IMG/VR virus record: IMGVR_UViG_3300035698_006513
Origin: a virus
Length of the DNA stretch: 64,000 nt
Direction: 5' to 3' (one strand)
Shown here: positions 47,204-56,997 of the stretch, piece by piece
Layout of the letters: each line of letters starts with the position of its first letter
How positions within the stretch are numbered: the first letter of the stretch is position 1
The notes under the pieces: model-generated
What the model was told of the DNA's origin: nothing
What the model saw: only the letters and a program-made list of their open reading frames with translations
The model's database searches: none
Translations under genes and position numbers: made by a program

Positions 47204-48463
47204 CTAACACTTCTCCACTCCACCACTTTCAATGACACGGAGTATCTTCGACATATCATCCTCATTGTAGGAGTCGGCCCTGCGTTCTATGATACTAACC
47301 GCAAGTACCGCGGCCTCGCTCATATTGTGAAGCCGGTTTTCGTACAGTTCTGCATCTACTATCAGTGATTTTATGTCTCTACTTGCAGAGGCAGCCAACT
47401 CCTCTACTCGCCCTAACATACCCATATCTGCCAATGCTGCATCGACTGCCTCAATAGGCATATTCACGGCGTCATCAAGATCTTTGTCCTCTTCTGCATC
47501 GAAGAAGTCTATAATGTCTGCCTCCTTCACATATAGATCCTCGATCGATCTCACCTTCTTCTGGCTGCGTACGGGGATCTCCGTATTTATAGCAGATCTT
47601 AACCATGACTTCAGGAACGGCATTGCGTATCGAAATACGACATCACCTTCACTCTTCGAGGTGAACTGTATCTGGAGAAGTGGTATGGCATCATTGTAGT
47701 CAGGTATCTTGGTAAGAAGAACAGTAGATATTTCTACCCCATCACCTTTATTAGGGGGTGACCCTACGAGGAAGTAGTTGACTTCTTTAGAATCGGAGGG
47801 TAACGACACGGATCTTTCGATATGTTTGTAGTCTTGTCTACTGTGGGTACAGTAAGACATGATTACGTCGCATACTCGCACTTGAGACGCACACAACGAA
47901 ACTGTATTCCCTCGCGGACAGCGTCCGGGGTCCACTAATGCGCCCAATGCGTCTACATCTAACTCTGCCCATATAGACTTGTTCTCCCCTTCGATGGGAG
48001 CCCACACTTGTATGAACTTGTTCGCTACCTCTTTCTCGTGGTCCAGAATAGTCTGTAACAAGTACGAGAATGGTACGAACACACTCTCTACTACGACTGC
48101 GTTTAGTAGTACGACATACACATATGCACCTAGCTCACCCATCACCAAGAAACTTGACGAAGGAATCTCTTCTCCTTTATAAGGAGAAATACCATCTCGC
48201 CATTTTCCCAGGTCGGCTGACGACATAATGTCCGCAGACACCATGCTATCAAGCATTCTTCTGAATTTTCTATCTGAGAGCGGTAGTCTCAGAACAGAAG
48301 GAACCTTCACACCACTTACCACACAAGACGATAGTGAGAGATTAGCGCAGGCAATCTCTCCACTCAGCATTCCCTTAGCCAAGGGCAGATGCTCAAAGGG
48401 AATCGAGCACTGAATTGATTTATTATCATTCGTAGGTAGCCACACTCTTAGATCTTTACTCAT
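47204..48463 (-). CDS. Protein with two tandem family-like domains and acidic helical tail
   Basis: LRVWLPTNDNKSIQCSI and IQVWAPIEGENKSIWAELDVDAL. Confidence 0.65.
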   Translation of the reverse strand: MSKDLRVWLPTNDNKSIQCSIPFEHLPLAKGMLSGEIACANLSLSSCVVSGVKVPSVLRLPLSDRKFRRMLDSMVSADIMSSADLGKWRDGISPYKGEEIPSSSFLVMGELGAYVYVVLLNAVVVESVFVPFSYLLQTILDHEKEVANKFIQVWAPIEGENKSIWAELDVDALGALVDPGRCPRGNTVSLCASQVRVCDVIMSYCTHSRQDYKHIERSVSLPSDSKEVNYFLVGSPPNKGDGVEISTVLLTKIPDYNDAIPLLQIQFTSKSEGDVVFRYAMPFLKSWLRSAINTEIPVRSQKKVRSIEDLYVKEADIIDFFDAEEDKDLDDAVNMPIEAVDAALADMGMLGRVEELAASASRDIKSLIVDAELYENRLHNMSEAAVLAVSIIERRADSYNEDDMSKILRVIESGGVEKC

Positions 48464-49130
48464 AACTTTTTCTCCATACCAAACTGTTTTCTCCATCTAA
48501 CACTACTCCGCGCTCTGCCTCTATAGCAGTTTCGCGTATGACTTTAACCGGGTGCTTACACAACCACAACCTCAGCAGTAATGCTGGGATAATACCTGTG
48601 TGCACCTCATCCGCCCCCATCCGTGTACGAAAGTACATTGCTGTCCTCAACAATGCAACTTGTGGTCTCTTCATCTCATACATGTAATTTGGGATGTCCA
48701 TCTCTTTGAGACCATTCTCCATTATAGATCTCTTAGATTTCCTCATTATCTTCCTACCTTCGGTAGACTCATACATATCCAGGAGGCATGTACTTAATTT
48801 ATCCGAACCCGGTGTAAGATCCTCCAGTAATACACGGCCATTTCCTTTCATGGAGAGCTTCTTTGCAGTAGCGTTGCATAACCCCAGCGGCACCACGTGG
48901 GGACTATCATCCTCAAAGGAGGACTCTATTCCATTAAGCCAATCCATTGCTACATCCGCTGTAAATGCCACGCACATGCACGATTCCGTTGGAGATCCTA
49001 TTATCCGCAATAGGACGTGGTACTCATACCACTGGTGCATCACTAGGTTTTCGTACTCATCTACGTCAATGTCCTGTCGGGGGCTGCGTAAATACGCGAT
49101 GAATTCATCGGTATGCACTATTTTACTCAT
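48456..49130 (-). CDS. Hypothetical protein, probably family-related
   Basis: VLLRIIG...MCVAFTADVAMDWL. Confidence 0.6.
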   Translation of the reverse strand: MSKIVHTDEFIAYLRSPRQDIDVDEYENLVMHQWYEYHVLLRIIGSPTESCMCVAFTADVAMDWLNGIESSFEDDSPHVVPLGLCNATAKKLSMKGNGRVLLEDLTPGSDKLSTCLLDMYESTEGRKIMRKSKRSIMENGLKEMDIPNYMYEMKRPQVALLRTAMYFRTRMGADEVHTGIIPALLLRLWLCKHPVKVIRETAIEAERGVVLDGENSLVWRKSYE

Positions 49131-49260
49131 TTTACTCTCCCGTCATAAGTAATAATGGGAACCTGTATCTAATCTCTTATGCCAGTTAACGCTATATTTT
49201 GTGGAATAAGGACGTAAGGACCAAATACTTAATATTTCTACATTGATAAGGAGTAAGTCA

Positions 49261-50226
49261 ATGAGCTATTACCCACATGAGATGTTTTCTAGAGTAGAGG
49301 ATTGGACCAAATTCGTACAGGAACGGCAATCATACGTGATAAGCCTAGAACAGATGACTCGTCAAAATATGGACTTATCTGATACAGAATTTGTATGTGC
49401 TTACGGACGAGATGCCTGGGACAGTATCAATAACTTTTATGCTGTGAAAGGTAGGGATGGCCATAACTATCTAGAGCATGATATTGCTCTAATATACTTC
49501 ATGGAGCAGTATAACCAGGTGTTTGACCTGTCGAACTGGGAATTTGGTAGTATGCTGAGAGACACAGAATTGCCTGATAACTGGAGAGATGACTTCATGC
49601 TGCCATACAAGTCATTCTATATACATGCCCCATTAGGCAAGTACATAAATGGTGTGGATCTCAGCGGCGCTCTGGTATGGGACATAGAAAGTGACCTATG
49701 TATCATGCCTACCAGCACGCTGCACAATGGGAACGTAGAGTTCTGCCATACATTCAAAGTTAGTGATGTAGAGAATTCTAAGGCAGATGACCTATTAAAA
49801 CAGATCCTACCTGGATCTGTTTCTCGCAGAGAAATAATGAATTTGGTAATAAATCTTGTGCTGTATATAAATAGCAGCAAGCCTATGGCTGAGGTAACAC
49901 AGCCTAACCAATCCAAACAAAAGATGGCCGAAGATAGACTCGGACGTGTGAAGTCCGAGGGAAAGAAGACTAAAGCAAGGAGGAAGGTAGCACAGTCGTG
50001 CAGCACAGTGACCACACTATTCTCGGAGAAATCCATCGCTAGATCGTGTAGTGATGGTATAGAAACACGTGTGCGTGGACACTTTGTTCGTGCGCACTGG
50101 CACCACTACTGGAAAGGGAGTGGTGATGAACGAAAGTTAGTGCGTAAGTGGCTATTCCCTTACGCGAAGGGAGACTGGAGTAACCCAGTCAGTAGAAGCA
50201 AGTACGTATTCAAAACGGAGAAGTAG
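49261..50226 (+). CDS. Conserved phage protein of unknown function
   Basis: LPYKSFYI and C-terminal HFVRAHWHHYWKG...RKWLFPY motif seen in many phage hypotheticals. Confidence 0.7.
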   Translation: MSYYPHEMFSRVEDWTKFVQERQSYVISLEQMTRQNMDLSDTEFVCAYGRDAWDSINNFYAVKGRDGHNYLEHDIALIYFMEQYNQVFDLSNWEFGSMLRDTELPDNWRDDFMLPYKSFYIHAPLGKYINGVDLSGALVWDIESDLCIMPTSTLHNGNVEFCHTFKVSDVENSKADDLLKQILPGSVSRREIMNLVINLVLYINSSKPMAEVTQPNQSKQKMAEDRLGRVKSEGKKTKARRKVAQSCSTVTTLFSEKSIARSCSDGIETRVRGHFVRAHWHHYWKGSGDERKLVRKWLFPYAKGDWSNPVSRSKYVFKTEK

Positions 50227-50388
50227 TATGACACAGACACAGACAGTAGCAAGACCTAACTACAAATTGCTTATCAAACCACAGGCTCCTGCCAACATGG
50301 TAAAAGTGCGTAGACCTCCTTTCAGATGGGTACGGTTCACTCACAATATGGACACACGACGTGTGCAAGTATGGAGACTAGAAAAAGT

Positions 50389-50805
50389 ATGAAGCTATTG
50401 ATAGTAGTGGACACCTTACGCCGCATGTTCGATTATGTGATGGTCAACACACAGGACATCATACCATTAGAAGATGTGGATAAGCTAAGCAGTATAAGAA
50501 AGCGAATGGAGACAACTGTGTACGCCCTAGGGATAAGAGGTATCCCTGTAGACATAGTCCATGCCAACTCCCCATTTAAGGGGATGATACAAGTGATAGA
50601 AGGAAAATTCTTCGTAACTGCGTTCGTCAAGCAGTGTGCGGCTACTATAGCTATCCCCATATCTATAGATGAGGTAGGACATATCATAGATAATATGGGG
50701 ATAGGTCCGGAGGGGCGTACAGACGCAATGTTCAAATTCGTCCAACAGGACGATGGAGTCTTTACTCTAACCTCTTCTGCATCACCCACATGGAGTCGTA
50801 TATAA
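50389..50805 (+). CDS. Hypothetical protein
   Basis: GGAG RBS; coupled ORF. Confidence 0.6.
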   Translation: MKLLIVVDTLRRMFDYVMVNTQDIIPLEDVDKLSSIRKRMETTVYALGIRGIPVDIVHANSPFKGMIQVIEGKFFVTAFVKQCAATIAIPISIDEVGHIIDNMGIGPEGRTDAMFKFVQQDDGVFTLTSSASPTWSRI

Positions 50806-51164
50806 TGACACAACAATACGCAAAAGCATATGTGTGCTGGTATATCGAAGGTTCTACTATGCCAGAGATGACCCGCCCAAAGAACAGAGTCAGATCCACA
50901 CCAACCACTACAAAAAAGGTCCTGATACCTTCATTCCTAACAGGATGGACACGTGGACACCTCACACCATCAGGTGAGGTGTTCAACGATGAGCAAGTGA
51001 GCGAGTACGGTCACGTACATAAAGGGGAAATAACCAAGTACGTGACACGATGGTTACAAGACGGTGAAAGCGGTGGTAAAGCGCTATGTGTTATGAGAGT
51101 AGAGAACATGCGCACAGCAGTGCGGCTCGACATAGCAGAAAGATACCATAACCTCAACCCTTAA
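50790..51164 (+). CDS. Hypothetical protein
   Basis: Coupled ORF. Confidence 0.6.
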   Translation: MESYIMTQQYAKAYVCWYIEGSTMPEMTRPKNRVRSTPTTTKKVLIPSFLTGWTRGHLTPSGEVFNDEQVSEYGHVHKGEITKYVTRWLQDGESGGKALCVMRVENMRTAVRLDIAERYHNLNP

Positions 51165-51564
51165 ATAACGGAGACCATATCGGCATAAGAGGCTGAACAG
51201 TATTTACCAAAGGAGTCAGTATGGAATCAGAGGAATAAGCGCCTCTCATGTTAACTAAAACAAAATGGATAAAAGCTTGTTTTTGGTTGGGATTGAGACC
51301 CCTCTTTGTAGAGAAGCGCTTATTTCTTACCTATAACCACAGGTTATTACTAATATATTGGGTATAAGAACACAGTAGAAAGAGCCTCGGCCCGTGCTCT
51401 GCTAGAAGCAGAGTGGGGTCATAAGTGCAACAAAGAAATAGTGGCTCATCTGATAACTTGTAGTGAGATGGGTGTTAGTATTAGTAAAAAATAGCGATGG
51501 GTAGGTAAGTCACCATCGCTACACTGAAAATAGGAGAGTACATAGGTACCCTATTTTCTTAGTA

Positions 51565-51912
51565 TCACTTATATTTAGCCATCACCTTTTTCCACTTTAT
51601 AGGTAACTTACGATATTTACGTGCGCTACTCTTACAGACGATATTTTGCGTACGCCTATTTATACAAACCTCCCAAAGCATACCGTACAACAGTGCGTGG
51701 TCCCTACGTACAATATCTCCGTAGAACACATACCCACGCGGACCATACTTCTCTAGGTGCTCTAGTACACTGTATTCACACTCGTTTTTAATCTTACGGA
51801 AATTCTTATAACTCACAGTGGTAACACAGGTAGAGAAGTGGTGCGTATACGTTTTTTGTGCACAACTCGAAAATATACACAATATCAAGGTAAAGTATAA
51901 GCTATTCCTCAC
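51565..51912 (-). CDS. Putative basic lipoprotein
   Basis: Signal plus lipobox-like LILCIFSS-C. Confidence 0.55.
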   Translation of the reverse strand: MRNSLYFTLILCIFSSCAQKTYTHHFSTCVTTVSYKNFRKIKNECEYSVLEHLEKYGPRGYVFYGDIVRRDHALLYGMLWEVCINRRTQNIVCKSSARKYRKLPIKWKKVMAKYK

Positions 51913-52780
51913 GGAGACACCTCATCATCTTAGTTAGAATGCGGCTGGTAATCTTGTTAGCATACCAAGGACCGTAGCTGAACTTCACAGCCAAGGTGAT
52001 ATATATGTGCCCTTTCTTATAAGGTATAGCAATGTTGTCTAACCTAGAATATTTAGGTACCGTGCCTGACTTGTTGTAAAAGATACTGCCTGGAAAGAAT
52101 TTGCGCATAGCTTTACAGGTATGAGGATGCTTCCTAGCCAAAGAGTGTCGTAACGCAGACAGACTTTTTATAGGTACCCCAAGAGTAGGGTCTAGGTTGA
52201 CTATTCTGTGCATGATGCTCTGCAGCTCATACAAAGATACACAGTTTGATGCGCATAGTGTACGTCTCCAAGGGTTTTGTCTAGCAGGTATTCCGTGTGA
52301 GGTAATGGCCGGCCTATTCCATATGCGTCTGTTAGGTCCTCCGAACAGAGTGCGTATAGTTAGGTACATATACTTGAGATCCTTACGCATACGATCTATC
52401 CCATCTACTGTGGCCAGCCTTACCATTCTATCGTAGTCTATGTTCTCCATACGGAACAAAGTGCTGACCTTACCGTTGAACACCCCGTACGCATCTTTGA
52501 ATTTAATGCGTGTATCTGCGTGTATGTTGTACTTCTTCATCTCTCTCAGCATAGCAACAGCTGCGATTATTTTTACTGTGCTAGCGGGCCAGAATAGACC
52601 ACGAGAATTGTCGTACCCCTTACGTCGTATGTGGCACAGACCTTTGGGGTTGTCCGAGTCCACGTACTTGGCGACATAATATACGTGTTTTCTTGACTTG
52701 ACTTTCATAGGCTTACCAAAAACAAACGCAACCGCTAGTAATAAACCCATCGATAGAATTACGTAATGTCTGATCTTCAT
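51902..52780 (-). CDS. Secreted serine beta-lactamase/DD-peptidase-fold protein (class A-like)
   Basis: Signal peptide; FWPASTVKI (SxxK); MEN at SDN position; YNKSGT (KT/SG); RLDNIAI. Confidence 0.75.
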   Translation of the reverse strand: MKIRHYVILSMGLLLAVAFVFGKPMKVKSRKHVYYVAKYVDSDNPKGLCHIRRKGYDNSRGLFWPASTVKIIAAVAMLREMKKYNIHADTRIKFKDAYGVFNGKVSTLFRMENIDYDRMVRLATVDGIDRMRKDLKYMYLTIRTLFGGPNRRIWNRPAITSHGIPARQNPWRRTLCASNCVSLYELQSIMHRIVNLDPTLGVPIKSLSALRHSLARKHPHTCKAMRKFFPGSIFYNKSGTVPKYSRLDNIAIPYKKGHIYITLAVKFSYGPWYANKITSRILTKMMRCLREE

Positions 52781-52892
52781 CCTCATCTCCTTAAGCTGGT
52801 ACACTAATTTTCGTAGATAGTGTATTATCTACGACGTCATATCCTTATACGGCAAATGTGTACGTAATTACAAATAAGGCAGGAGGCGAATA

Positions 52893-53231
52893 ATGCCAAC
52901 ACAACAAGTAGCACCCAGTGCAACACAATATCATTTATCTCAACTAGACGGTTCAGTTGGCAGGGGTCTGGTGACCTTTATGTCCGCAAGGGAAATAACA
53001 GGCGTATACCTGAAGTCAGCACTGTCTACTAACTGGACGGTGGAGATTGGTGTGATGACAGACACAGGGGTTGTATTCTTTCCTTGGTTATCTCACTCAG
53101 CTAAAACATACGCGGTTGACCTTACTCAGTTTAAGCTCCCTCCCCAATCACAGATAAGAGTCACGACACCGGTTCTAACCAACTCTGCGCCCACTGCTAT
53201 TGTCGTCAGCAGACAAATAGCCTGGAGCTAG
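52893..53231 (+). CDS. Small beta-rich hypothetical protein
   Basis: AGGAGG RBS; followed by terminator. Confidence 0.7.
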   Translation: MPTQQVAPSATQYHLSQLDGSVGRGLVTFMSAREITGVYLKSALSTNWTVEIGVMTDTGVVFFPWLSHSAKTYAVDLTQFKLPPQSQIRVTTPVLTNSAPTAIVVSRQIAWS

Positions 53232-53267
53232 TACAGCACTGTTACCTCGCCTTACTCACTACACATA

Positions 53268-53305
53268 ATAAATAATGCACCCTATTTACGTAGTGCATTA
53301 TTTAT
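53268..53305. terminator. Inverted repeat between convergent genes
   Basis: ATAAATAATGCAC / GTGCATTATTTAT. Confidence 0.6.
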
Positions 53306-53483
53306 GTATCACTCACTTCACTATTCACTCAGTTTCAGTACTACCTTCTTGATATACCCTATTTCAATATAGCAGTGTATTGCTATCATCATCAATCCAA
53401 TATCGACACTGTTGGTATAGTAATAGGAAGCCCCTAATACAATAACCGCACCAATAGCTCGTAACATGTGACTACTCCCTCGC

Positions 53484-54308
53484 TTATCTAGATGTAAAGC
53501 CACCACCCGCACCCAACCCCTGCAACCCCTGCAACCCTTGCAATATTGAGTGATGCTCATCCCTTCTGCTAACACCTTCCGCTGGGTCTGCGTACATATT
53601 ACGCATAGCTGCTTCTATAGTAGAAGACCCGGCACCTTCGGAAGGTACTCTGCCCATAAGGGCTCCTCGATCAACTGCAACTTTACTCATGTACTCTGGT
53701 GCTGGAGAATCAATATTAGTTATCCACCCATTCGCGTCTTTGACCTGCACAGAGGTATCTGTCTCCTCTTCCAAAGAAGGAACGATACCATTTTCTATCA
53801 GCTTGTGCGCAGCTTGAGGTGACCGTGCATTTATCCCGAACTTTTGCTCATGTGTGCGACTCACTGTCACGATATAGGGAGCGAACTCGGGACAGCTATC
53901 TGCAACTAATTTTACCTTGATGGCCAGATCTTCACCTACACATACCATAACCTCGTGTGCTGGTTGTAGTAGTGCTGCTAGAGCAGGTATCCTTGTTGTA
54001 TCCTCATCCGCAGTATGCTCGTTCACCAACCTCCCCATAGCATCTTGAAAATCAACACAAGGAAGGTCGCTCGTATCTTCCGGTAGTTCAACATCAAGCA
54101 TAGTATATGCCTCTTCCCATTGAGGCTCAGGTCGTCTTTCGCTACGTGCGACAACAGACACTACCCCCTTGAATACCACTTCAGCTACAGTCTCCAACGC
54201 GGATACTATGGCAGTCTCCATGTCATCTTCATTAACTGTGATGACTTTAGACGACATCCTTCCGTTTTCCATATAATGTACTGTCACGTTTGTCATATCT
54301 ATCTCCAT
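53484..54308 (-). CDS. Acidic hypothetical protein
   Basis: 274 aa; C-terminal (QGL)3 encoded by a 9-bp tandem repeat. Confidence 0.7.
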   Translation of the reverse strand: MEIDMTNVTVHYMENGRMSSKVITVNEDDMETAIVSALETVAEVVFKGVVSVVARSERRPEPQWEEAYTMLDVELPEDTSDLPCVDFQDAMGRLVNEHTADEDTTRIPALAALLQPAHEVMVCVGEDLAIKVKLVADSCPEFAPYIVTVSRTHEQKFGINARSPQAAHKLIENGIVPSLEEETDTSVQVKDANGWITNIDSPAPEYMSKVAVDRGALMGRVPSEGAGSSTIEAAMRNMYADPAEGVSRRDEHHSILQGLQGLQGLGAGGGFTSR

Positions 54309-54311
54309 ACG

Positions 54312-54740
54312 TTAAGGGAATACCACCATCATAGGCGGTAGTAAAATTCCTGCACCAGCATCACCTACTACACGATATTGGTACTCTAGGTCTCCGTTAT
54401 ATCTACACAGCTCGGCTAAAGATCTCTCCATCACCTCGTGTGTTTGACTTGTAAGCATCGCCCATCTACTATCATCTGATGATGTAGCAGGATTAGGCGG
54501 TCTATCGGCGCTTCTAACTATAAGCGATCTCTCTACCCATAGCTTTGAATCTTTCAGGCCCCAACCCGTGAGTATCCTTACAATTTTGATAGTTCGTATC
54601 TTATGGTAGTAAGACCTCATATAGAGGTGATACCCCATACCTTTTTCTTCCCGTAGTATGTTTAGTACCTCATCTATAGACACGCCGCTATCCTGCTTAC
54701 TTCTCGCCCGCATATGATTGTATAGCTCTTCATAAGTCAT
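54312..54740 (-). CDS. Ribosomal protein bL12 C-terminal-domain-like protein
   Basis: KIRTIKIVRILTGWGLKDSKLWVE ~ bL12 KIxVIKxVRxxTGLGLKEAKxLVE. Confidence 0.7.
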   Translation of the reverse strand: MTYEELYNHMRARSKQDSGVSIDEVLNILREEKGMGYHLYMRSYYHKIRTIKIVRILTGWGLKDSKLWVERSLIVRSADRPPNPATSSDDSRWAMLTSQTHEVMERSLAELCRYNGDLEYQYRVVGDAGAGILLPPMMVVFP

Positions 54741-55014
54741 CTTCTTCCTCTGCCTCGCTGAATGTTTGTATTAAAGTTACCTCTTCCTCGCTAGGTATGC
54801 TGCCTTGTGCGTCTGTTTACTTCCGTCCTGTTCGTCGACTCTCTGGAGGTATGATCCGCTCTTCTGGGAGCCCTCGCAGCTACATCAGCTTGTATACCTA
54901 TATCATTGCCTGTCCAAGACTCAATGTGAACCGTACTAGTACCGCCAGTAGAAGCTGTATAACACCGCCTAAGCATATACTCCTTATTAAGTATATCCAC
55001 TAGCAAATTATCCA

Positions 55015-55251
55015 TCATACGCACACAATTCCCTCACCATGTGTGTCTGTAACAGCATTCATGCGAGAATTGGCAAATTCTGACGCCTCTACCTCAGCAT
55101 ATACGACCTCGTCATTGGGACCATCCAGCAGCAGAGACAATGTATGCGGCTCTACGAATAAATCCTTTGTGTGCTGAGGTGTACCTTCGGGCCAACCTTT
55201 ATAATTACGTCCTACAATCTCCCTTAACTTGTAAATTTTGTTTTCTTTCAT
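55015..55251 (-). CDS. Hypothetical protein
   Basis: AAAGGAG RBS. Confidence 0.6.
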   Translation of the reverse strand: MKENKIYKLREIVGRNYKGWPEGTPQHTKDLFVEPHTLSLLLDGPNDEVVYAEVEASEFANSRMNAVTDTHGEGIVCV

Positions 55252-55261
55252 ACCTACTCCT

Positions 55262-55608
55262 TTACCGTCTCTTTCGAGCTATTGAGTCCACTTTAAAAGC
55301 GGTACCCGACATATTATCCATTACCTTCCTCATGCGTACGCTCTCTCGTTCTTTCTGCTCTTCTATATAAGGATAGGAAGCAACTTGGAATGCTTCCATT
55401 GTCTTCTGCAAGTTTTTACCTGCGGACTCCGATTCGGAAGATGCAGCAATCGAGGCACTGGCTTGTACCATAGCGGCTTGGAATAATCTATCTTCACGCA
55501 TACTGTAAAGAAGTGCAAACGCTGTATGTTGTAATGTCCCCGCTTTGGGCGTGCGACTAGTAGTTTCGTACATCATATTGCACAGCACCCACCCGTACGG
55601 GGTGCTTA
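55262..55608 (-). CDS. Probable -1 frameshift extension of upstream chaperone-like gene
   Basis: No RBS; frame open from the T5 run at the upstream stop codon. Confidence 0.55.
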
Positions 55609-56316
55609 AAAAGACCGCACGCTCTCCGGTGCATGGAGATAAACTACTCTATCCAAGAATAGGTGAAGTAGCACTTGAAAGTCATTAGTCAGTGCATCTG
55701 GCAATTGAGACAGCGCTGCTTTTTTCTTCTTGGCATTGGCCAGCTGAGGTACTTCTATACCCAGTTTTTCGTTCAACACGTAAACATCTGCTACTCCAGC
55801 TAAGGGTTCGCCATTGACGCGTACAATACTGAGGGCTAGGTCGTTGAGTACTTGTGATGCATTAGTAGCATTGAGTAGTACAATCATATCATCATCAGTA
55901 ATATCCTGACTCTTCTTAACCTTATCGTATGCTTCGGCCTCGAGAGAGGACCACGCGGACAAGAACTCACCGTCCATATTACGCGCCGAACGGAACGTGA
56001 CATTCACATGCTCATTTAGAAACACTGTCTGTTCTACATACCCACGATTTAGGTATTGCCCTACAGTCATTACCTCGGGGTCCAGGCGCATTGCAACTGT
56101 ACGAGCTTTGTCGTTAATAGGGGACCAAGGCATGTGCTCCACGGCAGGTTGCTGAAAGTCTGGGTCGAAAGAATTGATACTTTGGGTGATTTCTTGTACA
56201 CAGGAACTTAACACATCTCCATCAAATTTCTGAAGAGTCGTGCGTATGTTATCAATGGCAGTATTGATAACACCGGCTACGTTGACTTCTTTCTTTGCTG
56301 CTTCTTGATCAGGCAT
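55606..56316 (-). CDS. Putative tail assembly chaperone
   Basis: VTFRS...LALSIVRVNGEPL...LSQLP...F pattern; frameshift signal at its end; sigma70-like TTGACA-N18-TAGGAT upstream. Confidence 0.5.
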   Translation of the reverse strand: MPDQEAAKKEVNVAGVINTAIDNIRTTLQKFDGDVLSSCVQEITQSINSFDPDFQQPAVEHMPWSPINDKARTVAMRLDPEVMTVGQYLNRGYVEQTVFLNEHVNVTFRSARNMDGEFLSAWSSLEAEAYDKVKKSQDITDDDMIVLLNATNASQVLNDLALSIVRVNGEPLAGVADVYVLNEKLGIEVPQLANAKKKKAALSQLPDALTNDFQVLLHLFLDRVVYLHAPESVRSF

Positions 56317-56483
56317 ATTTATTCTCCAAGTTAAAGTCACGAACTGCAATATAAACTAACCCGACCATCCTATGTGCATTGTGTATGTTTTGTCAAGTTA
56401 CCATGTGGTATAGGAAGACAGAGTGTGTACAGGAGACGACACACTGTGACAACAGTACACTAAACGTAGACAGGAGAGGACAA

Positions 56484-56916
56484 ATGACTAAAAAGTTGGA
56501 ATCTTATGAGAACGACTATCCCAGGTCAAGTGCGATTTATCTAATATGGATATGTCGCAGGGCTATGGCTAGTACGCAAGGACATCACAGTTGAGTTTTC
56601 TCCCAGCAACTGTGAATGGGTCACCCCTAAAGTTGCCTGCTCACGGCGCAAAAACTGTGAGCGTGTTACTGCGTGGGGAGAGAAGAAGCATCTAAAAGAA
56701 TGGGCAGAGGATCCAAGATGTACGGTCACATACACCGGACTAGTACAGAGACTGGCCCGTATGCGTGCTAAATACGACGGTGTTTGGAACGAGCGAGACG
56801 TAGAGTACTCAATATCCACACCGCTACGTAGAGGTGTGAAGCTGGAGTACCCCTGCAGTGCACCAGCTCCCATCTCAATGATACACCCTAAATCACGACT
56901 AGCTAGATCTAGTTGA
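56484..56916 (+). pseudogene. Frameshifted, degenerate HNH homing-endonuclease-like gene
   Basis: Start-less frame GYVAGLWLVRKDITVEFSPSNCEWVT...WGEKKHLKEWAED ~ GLTIDRID..YxPxNCRWAT...GExKxLxEWAE; RBS+ATG 56484 is in another frame. Confidence 0.65.
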
Positions 56917-56997
56917 TATGTAAGGAGACTGCACATCTCTTTATTTATTAGCTAAGAAAATTGCCTCGGACGAGGCGGGGAAGTTAGTTGGCAAGTA

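Noticed and set aside
56541-56936. 131-aa minus-strand ORF from the track
   Set aside because: Antisense to the HNH-like + strand frame, which has recognisable motifs.
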